This document shows positions 59,501 through 64,000 of a stretch of 64,000 nt of DNA, in pieces. Origin of the DNA: Pseudoxanthomonas sp. (GTDB lineage: Bacteria; Pseudomonadota; Gammaproteobacteria; Xanthomonadales; Xanthomonadaceae); NCBI GenBank assembly GCA_017745195.1, contig JAGHZW010000180.1, positions 47,978-111,977 on the forward strand, in the 5' to 3' direction. Position numbers and translations under genes: made by a program. How positions within the stretch are numbered: position 1 is the first letter of the stretch; each line of letters opens with the position of its first letter. A model generated the notes under the pieces. It did not search any database and was not told the DNA's origin. It worked only from the letters and a program-made list of their open reading frames with translations.

Positions 59501-61481
59501 GGCGCGCGCGCACCCGGTAGGTATTGCCGTAGCGCAGCCGCGGCAGCGAGCCTTTGGCCGCATGCACCGTGACGGCCAGGCCGTTGCCCTTGTCGGGATC
59601 GAGCCGCGGCGCATCGTCCGCTTCGACGATTTCCTCGGTCTGCAGTTGCGTGCCCGGCTCGGTGCGGCTGCGCAGGGTGCGGCCCGGGCGCGGCGCGGCC
59701 AGGCTCCAGCCGCTCCAGCGAAACAGCGTCTCATGCAGGTACTGGTCGTCGGGGGTGGCAGCATCGCCGCTGGTGGATGCCCCTTTGACATAGCCTTCGT
59801 CCGGCGGCAACGGCACCTCGCGCGCGTCCTCGAGCGGCGTGGCCAAGGCGGAATACGCGCAGACCCGCTGCTGCAGCGAGCGCCAGCGGCCGTCGCTGGC
59901 GTCGTGGATGTCGACGCGATAGCCGCGCAGCATGTCCTCGGCGTAGAGGACGACGTTGGCGGCCGCGTCCGTTGACTGGAGGGCGCCGTTGTTCTGCGCC
60001 GCGGCGGCGGCCTGCGTCGCCAGCTGTGGCGCACGGCCGTGGCGGGAGATGCCGATGCCGCCGGCACGCAGCGCCGCCACCGGCTGGTGGTCGCCGGTGG
60101 TGTAGGTGACCTTGCCGTCGGCACCCAGCTCGAGGTGCTTGCCGACCAGACGCTGCGCGCTGAGCAGGAAATCGACGGTCTTCAGCGCCGCGCCGTCGGG
60201 ATCGAGCTGGTACACGTCGAAAGCGCTGGGCTCCTTGTCCTGCGACGCCGGCAGGTGGCTGTCGTTGGCCTGCCACAGGCGCAGCAGGCCGTCGGCATGG
60301 TCTTCGCTGCGCGGGCGCGGCAGGAAGCGGTCCTTCGTCGCATGCCATGCGGTCCGCGGAAAACGGTCGCCGGCGACGTCGTGGTACTGGCCGGGCGAGG
60401 TGATCTCCAGCTGCATCAGCCCGCCGGCGGGCACGGCCGCAGCCAGTGCCTTGTCGATCGCTGCGCCGTCCTTGAGCACGCAGTCGATGACCAGCCCGAG
60501 CCGCCGCAGCAGTTGCGGATGGTCGCCATAGCTGGCTACGCGCTGATGGAAATCCCACTTCGGCGTCTCCGGTGCCGGCGTCATGTTCTCGAAACCGGGA
60601 CGACGCATGGCGAGCTGGTCGCGGGTGGGCACCGTGCGCTGGTAGAAGCGGTCCGCCTGCCACATCGCGTATTCGGCCGGGCCGGAGAACCGCTCCATCA
60701 GCTGCGCGCGGCGTTCGCGCTCGGTGGGGTTGGCCACCGGAATGCTGCCATCGCGGATGCGGGCCGGATCCTGCCAGTCGGCGGGGAGGGCGCGCAACGG
60801 GAAGCTGGCGTTGTCGCCCTTGTGTCCCGGCTCCCGCGGCCATTCGACCTGGCCCTTGAAGCAGCTGCCCGGGCCGAACACGGCCCTGTTCACCGCCGCC
60901 TCGTGCGGGCGCGGGCCATCGCCGCGCTTGGGTCGTTCGTGGAAGCGGTCGAAACCGGGCAATGGCAGCTCCAGCGCACGGTCGCCCAGCGGGATCTTCT
61001 GCGTGCGCGTGCCGAGCTCGGCGAGCATTCCCTTCAGCGTGGGATCGGCGCTGCGCCAGGGTAGCAGCCGCGGGTGCTCGCCGGCGCCGGCCTGCAGCGA
61101 CAGCGACTGGTAGTGCTGGCGGACGAAACCGAGCACGTTGCGCAGCGGATACGAGCGCAGGTTGACCCGGCTGAAGTCGCGGAACACGTATCCGGAAACG
61201 AACACGGTCTTGGGGAACAGATGTCGCCACAGCGCGCTGTCCGGAGCCAGGGCGGGATCGGCCGGCAATGGCTCAAGGCCGACGCTGGCGCCCCCGATGC
61301 GCAGGGCGAAGGTGATGTCCTGCACCGTGCGCGGCCAGTCCAGCCACTCGGGAAAAGGGCCGAGGTGCTGTTCGGCGGCGCTGCCCGGCGTCAGCCGCGG
61401 CGAGACCACGATCGATACCCGCCAGCGACCGTCGATGCGGCCATGGGGGACGACGCTCCACACGATGTTTTGCTTGGCCAT
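56562..61481 (-). CDS. Giant uncharacterised protein (1639 aa), no evident signal peptide, beta-sandwich/FN3-like motifs
   Basis: 4.9-kb ORF with natural protein composition; ATG 15 bp after the upstream stop with AAGGA nearby; downstream hairpin; motif LPRLRYGNTYRVRARLVDVAGNS. Confidence 0.85.
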   Translation of the reverse strand: MAKQNIVWSVVPHGRIDGRWRVSIVVSPRLTPGSAAEQHLGPFPEWLDWPRTVQDITFALRIGGASVGLEPLPADPALAPDSALWRHLFPKTVFVSGYVFRDFSRVNLRSYPLRNVLGFVRQHYQSLSLQAGAGEHPRLLPWRSADPTLKGMLAELGTRTQKIPLGDRALELPLPGFDRFHERPKRGDGPRPHEAAVNRAVFGPGSCFKGQVEWPREPGHKGDNASFPLRALPADWQDPARIRDGSIPVANPTERERRAQLMERFSGPAEYAMWQADRFYQRTVPTRDQLAMRRPGFENMTPAPETPKWDFHQRVASYGDHPQLLRRLGLVIDCVLKDGAAIDKALAAAVPAGGLMQLEITSPGQYHDVAGDRFPRTAWHATKDRFLPRPRSEDHADGLLRLWQANDSHLPASQDKEPSAFDVYQLDPDGAALKTVDFLLSAQRLVGKHLELGADGKVTYTTGDHQPVAALRAGGIGISRHGRAPQLATQAAAAAQNNGALQSTDAAANVVLYAEDMLRGYRVDIHDASDGRWRSLQQRVCAYSALATPLEDAREVPLPPDEGYVKGASTSGDAATPDDQYLHETLFRWSGWSLAAPRPGRTLRSRTEPGTQLQTEEIVEADDAPRLDPDKGNGLAVTVHAAKGSLPRLRYGNTYRVRARLVDVAGNSLDLDERSLGEFEQASDPLTYGRFDPVEPPALVLASRITEGESLERLVLRSDLDTGTEGYRARIGAELSEFYANPDFEYTATAERHVVPPKSSQQTCELHGMFDQAVGSGDPARVKKAYAIAARESGSLLHPHPGAQIELVTPQRAAAVATVQGTGETIAPPEAGDPARDRFAAGQYLVHREAIVPVPYLSDPASAGIALHGVPGIEQLVAGKALQPLAPGLSGVIAAPGMRAAWLPASKSWVLLVDFDRDIGDDPGQHLANDWPDDVRSLRLCLVEQPGEVDSPPCGDAHTTAAAPQWDLDAGLLTLFLPKGHIARLRYASFVHDRLVGHFGLPNWQSGDARQQLRAQALAGANWMLTPWRDLVLVHATQHPVCPPRLEYLGVQREAGAPAATLIARRVTLHGPSTGQFEVVGQWQEWIDDPAAELPKRVEHEAVLAEIRLHDNHANVFTLQGAVAEQRDFEPVGGQVNDNDLAKRPAVPGNRHEFGDTRFRFVRYFLRATTRFREYLPSELFADAARITHDGPVAEPQRVRIDTAPGLDAAEDAGAPVQNVASGGTGGAVVPASAMPDAPEIVYVVPTFRWERNGTAGGSLGSTRHGNGLRVYLERPWFSSGDGELLGVVIAGNDSTFASITPQQLPFVTQWGLDPLWDAPLPHPRSRVGDFAAAVANEAVTLPGSGLQAHVVGHRVHFDPGRKLWFCDIELDPGATYLPFVRLALVRYQPHAMPDARISNVVLAEYAQVLPRRTASLSRNGQALSLALRGPVPARGPMRRHNPPGTSESEYFGISFTGPFVPGENGRNRIELVWQTRDAKIDSDLAWEDQAVLATSLTGTDAVNASTQAAPVATTDPLVRPAPPQVQVNLRNGAALRFDRAEVRTVLDTGVRPGTGATTRPPVADIGDITVIDPGVIFDPPFWRASATLPTLPRGKVGRLMLREFERYYTDRTVPVAGAPARRRIVVEERLVYAEVFEV

Positions 61482-61496
61482 GTCCTTGGTCTCTTC

Positions 61497-64000
61497 TCAG
61501 GCGAAGGCGTCGCAGTACTCGCGCCAGCCGTAGGTGGTTTCGTCGTCGATCAGCGCCAGCTCGTCGGCCAGCGGCAGCAACGGGTCGGTCGACAGGCCCA
61601 TGAGCTGGCGCAGGGTGGGATCGCCGTTGGAGCCGGCGAATTTCTTCTCGCAGCTGATGGTGACGCTGGCGCTGAAGAAGAAGACCTCCACCTCGATGGT
61701 CAGCTCCGCGCGGCCCACGCACTTGCCGCTCTCGAACTCGTAGCGCAGCTCCAGGTACAGCTCCAGCGAGGCGGTGATCAGCCCGAGCACGCTGACGTGG
61801 CCCTCCAGGCGGAAGTAGCCGGTCAGCGAGCACTCGTCCTGCTCCATGCGGAAGTAGATGCCGGCCATCACCGAAACGCCGCCCGACGCGACCCCGAAGT
61901 CCACCGAGATCGCCGCGCCGAACTCGAACGCCGCCTCCAGCAGCTGGATGCCCGACGGGTCCAGGGTGATGCCGAAGAAGCCGCCGCCGCCGAAGCACCA
62001 GACGGTGAGGTGGAACGGCTGTTCGCGGGTGCAGAAGTTGAAGCGCACCGACAGCGGCTGGCCGATGAACGGCACGGTGAAGCCGGCGCCGAGGCTGAGG
62101 TTGGAGATGTTGAGCACGCCGCAGGTGATGCTGGGCAGCGAGACGTCGAAGCCGGCGTCGATGCCTTGGGCGCTGATGTCCAGGTAGGGCGGGTCGGAGA
62201 AGCCGTCCAGCGGAATCAGGTCGCGCAGGGTTTCCACGAAGGACAGCGGACCGACGAACTTGATGTCGCTGAGCAGGACGTCCACGCCCATCTTCGCCGA
62301 CGAGTCGACCTTGAACTCGATTTTCTCGAAGTTCAGTTCCAGGAAGCTGGCCGGGGCGATCAGCACCAGGTCGAAATGGTGCAGCCCGCACAGCACCTGG
62401 ATCTTCGGTGCGCCGCCGCTCTTCTTGACCCTGGCCTCCACCGCGATGATGAACGAGTGCGGGTCATGGACGACGAACAGCGGGGCATCGGCATCGAAGC
62501 CCCAGCTCTTGATCTCCGGCTTCCAGTCGAAGCGGATCACCAGTTCCTCGCCGAGCAGGTTGCCCAGTGCGTCGGCCACGCCACCGAGCGCATCGAGCGC
62601 CGTCTTGACGCCATCTAGCGTGCCGAGGATCGCATCGCGCGGTGCGCCTTCCAGCAGGGGGAACGCGGCGATGTCGTCGCGCACGTCGCCCAGCGCACCG
62701 GCGACAGCGGTCAGCTTCGGCGCCAGTTCGTCCGGGTGGGTAAGCAGTTCGCCCAGCGACTGGCCGGGGGCGTCGTTGGCGAGCAGATCGTCCAGGGCGT
62801 CGAACAGCGTCTTGCCATGGCCGTAGAGCGCGAGGATGGTGGACACGCCCGCGATGAGGGTGAGGCCGCCGCTGACCGCCCCGTTCACTGATTGCCGGAA
62901 GCCGGCCGGCAGTTGCGCCTGCGCCGCGACGGTATCGCGCAGGTCCTTCAGCGCGTTGCCCAGCTTGCCATTGCCCTGCGGCGGGTCGAGCAGGTCGTCC
63001 AGTTCGATTCCGGCCAAGGTGTCGGCGAGGTCGAACGTGCGGTTCTGGAGGGTGTCGAGCTCGGTGCGGACGGCCTGCGCCAGGTCGGTCACGGCCTTGA
63101 CCTTGGCTTTCACCAGCGCGGCCGGCGCGGCGCCGAAGGCCGGCGCCTGGCTGGCGATGTCCTCCAGCGTGCCGGCGAGCACCTCCAGCGCGGCGCGCGC
63201 CAGGCCCGCGGGCTGCTGCGGCAGCGCCGACAGCAGCTGGTACAGGCGCATCAGTTCGCCGAAGAACGATTCGATCTTGCTGCTGGCCTCGGAGACGAAC
63301 TTCGGCACCTTGTCCGGATTGCCGAGCAGGTTGCCCACTTCCTTGATCACCGCCGACAGCGGGATGCAGCCGAACAGCAGGGGAAGCGGCAGACTGCCGA
63401 GGGTGGGTGTTGCCGGGAAGAACTGGTCGGGCACGACCTTGCCGGCCAGCACCTTGCTGACGTCGCCGGCGGTGGGACCAAGCGCGCGCGACAGCGCCGA
63501 CGGAAGCAGGTTGGGCATCACGAAGCCGCCGCTGCGATCGCCCTGGCGCGAGAAGTCCAGGGTGCCCATGCCGGAAGCGGATGCGATGTCGACGAACACT
63601 TCGCCCTTGTTCTGCGTGGCATCGAAGCCGCGGCGGGCGTAGGTGTCGTTCCACGCCAGCCGGTTCTGACCGGGGCTTCCGCTCAGCTGCGAAAGCGGTG
63701 CGATGAAGGCATCGGCGCCGTTCACGCGGGGGAAGAACATGGGCCGTGTCAGGCCCTGGCTGTAGGCCTTGAACGCATTGATCGAAGTGCTGTTGCCGGT
63801 CGCCGGTACATGCGCACCGAAGCCCATCGCCGCCACTTCCACCGAGGTGTCGCCGGGCTTGACGCTCGGTGCCAGCGTTACCCGCTGGCGGCGGAGATCG
63901 GCGATGGTCCACGGGCGGCGCTCGGGCTGGTCCCAGCCATTGGCACCGGAGAAGGCCAGGTTCGCCGCCTCGGTCGCGCCCTTCAGGCTGCCCTGGCTGC
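61497..64000 (-). CDS. Giant uncharacterised protein (>830 aa, 5'-truncated by window edge) with helical insert and long beta-rich C-terminus ending WREYCDAFA
   Basis: I checked that the frame has no stop from 63842 up to the window end, so the listed GTG is probably not the true start; GC-ending codons. Confidence 0.85.
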   Translation of the reverse strand, partial: SQGSLKGATEAANLAFSGANGWDQPERRPWTIADLRRQRVTLAPSVKPGDTSVEVAAMGFGAHVPATGNSTSINAFKAYSQGLTRPMFFPRVNGADAFIAPLSQLSGSPGQNRLAWNDTYARRGFDATQNKGEVFVDIASASGMGTLDFSRQGDRSGGFVMPNLLPSALSRALGPTAGDVSKVLAGKVVPDQFFPATPTLGSLPLPLLFGCIPLSAVIKEVGNLLGNPDKVPKFVSEASSKIESFFGELMRLYQLLSALPQQPAGLARAALEVLAGTLEDIASQAPAFGAAPAALVKAKVKAVTDLAQAVRTELDTLQNRTFDLADTLAGIELDDLLDPPQGNGKLGNALKDLRDTVAAQAQLPAGFRQSVNGAVSGGLTLIAGVSTILALYGHGKTLFDALDDLLANDAPGQSLGELLTHPDELAPKLTAVAGALGDVRDDIAAFPLLEGAPRDAILGTLDGVKTALDALGGVADALGNLLGEELVIRFDWKPEIKSWGFDADAPLFVVHDPHSFIIAVEARVKKSGGAPKIQVLCGLHHFDLVLIAPASFLELNFEKIEFKVDSSAKMGVDVLLSDIKFVGPLSFVETLRDLIPLDGFSDPPYLDISAQGIDAGFDVSLPSITCGVLNISNLSLGAGFTVPFIGQPLSVRFNFCTREQPFHLTVWCFGGGGFFGITLDPSGIQLLEAAFEFGAAISVDFGVASGGVSVMAGIYFRMEQDECSLTGYFRLEGHVSVLGLITASLELYLELRYEFESGKCVGRAELTIEVEVFFFSASVTISCEKKFAGSNGDPTLRQLMGLSTDPLLPLADELALIDDETTYGWREYCDAFA

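Noticed and set aside
57159-59975. 938-aa plus-strand ORF opposite the 1639-aa gene
   Set aside because: Antisense shadow. The minus-strand ORF has better composition, operon context, RBS and a terminator.
61497-63842. 781-aa protein starting at GTG 63842 as listed in the ORF track
   Set aside because: The frame stays open to the window end, so this is most likely the C-terminal part of a longer gene.
56562-64000. Assignment of the giant genes to RHS, Tc toxin, T6SS, hemagglutinin or NRPS classes
   Set aside because: I could see no YD repeats, RHS core end motif, TPS domain, RTX repeats or adenylation/condensation motifs.

Overview
GC-rich (about 70% by eye) chromosomal window. Gene order and protein sequences point to a Xanthomonadaceae member (Pseudoxanthomonas/Luteimonas/Lysobacter-like; inference). 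Most of it is recognisable core or near-core content: amidohydrolase (partial), trxC, OsmC, rluB-scpB-scpA and yciI; a LacI-controlled carbohydrate locus (TonB-dependent receptor, GH144-like lipoprotein, sugar ABC SBP and two permeases, and a 1053-aa discoidin plus six-hairpin protein) converging on the Entner-Doudoroff operon (zwf-glk-pgl-edd-eda) and a divergent MalK-like ATPase; ygfZ and DUF1674-sdhCDAB; a cyoABCD-surf1-regBA/MFS block; sdhE-ygfX-lolC-lolD; an islet of small genes; and comEC-exbB-exbD-msbA-lpxK-kdsB-ptp-(Trx/NHL)-uvrC-pgsA-tRNA-Gly. After tRNA-Gly lies a decayed tRNA-Cys-like relic. Converging on it is the least explained part of the window: a tightly linked pair of giant uncharacterised minus-strand genes (1639 aa, and more than 830 aa running off the window end). 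The 1639-aa protein has no evident signal peptide and is rich in beta-sandwich-like motifs. The truncated one has a long helical insert and a long amphipathic beta-strand C-terminus. This pair is my best candidate for an undescribed multi-protein system. I also found two small ORFs missing from the ORF track (24 aa between sdhA and sdhB; a 56-aa membrane protein at 44007-44177) and a doubly frameshifted gene. No CRISPR array, integrase or transposase is visible. All family assignments come from motif recognition by eye, not database searches.
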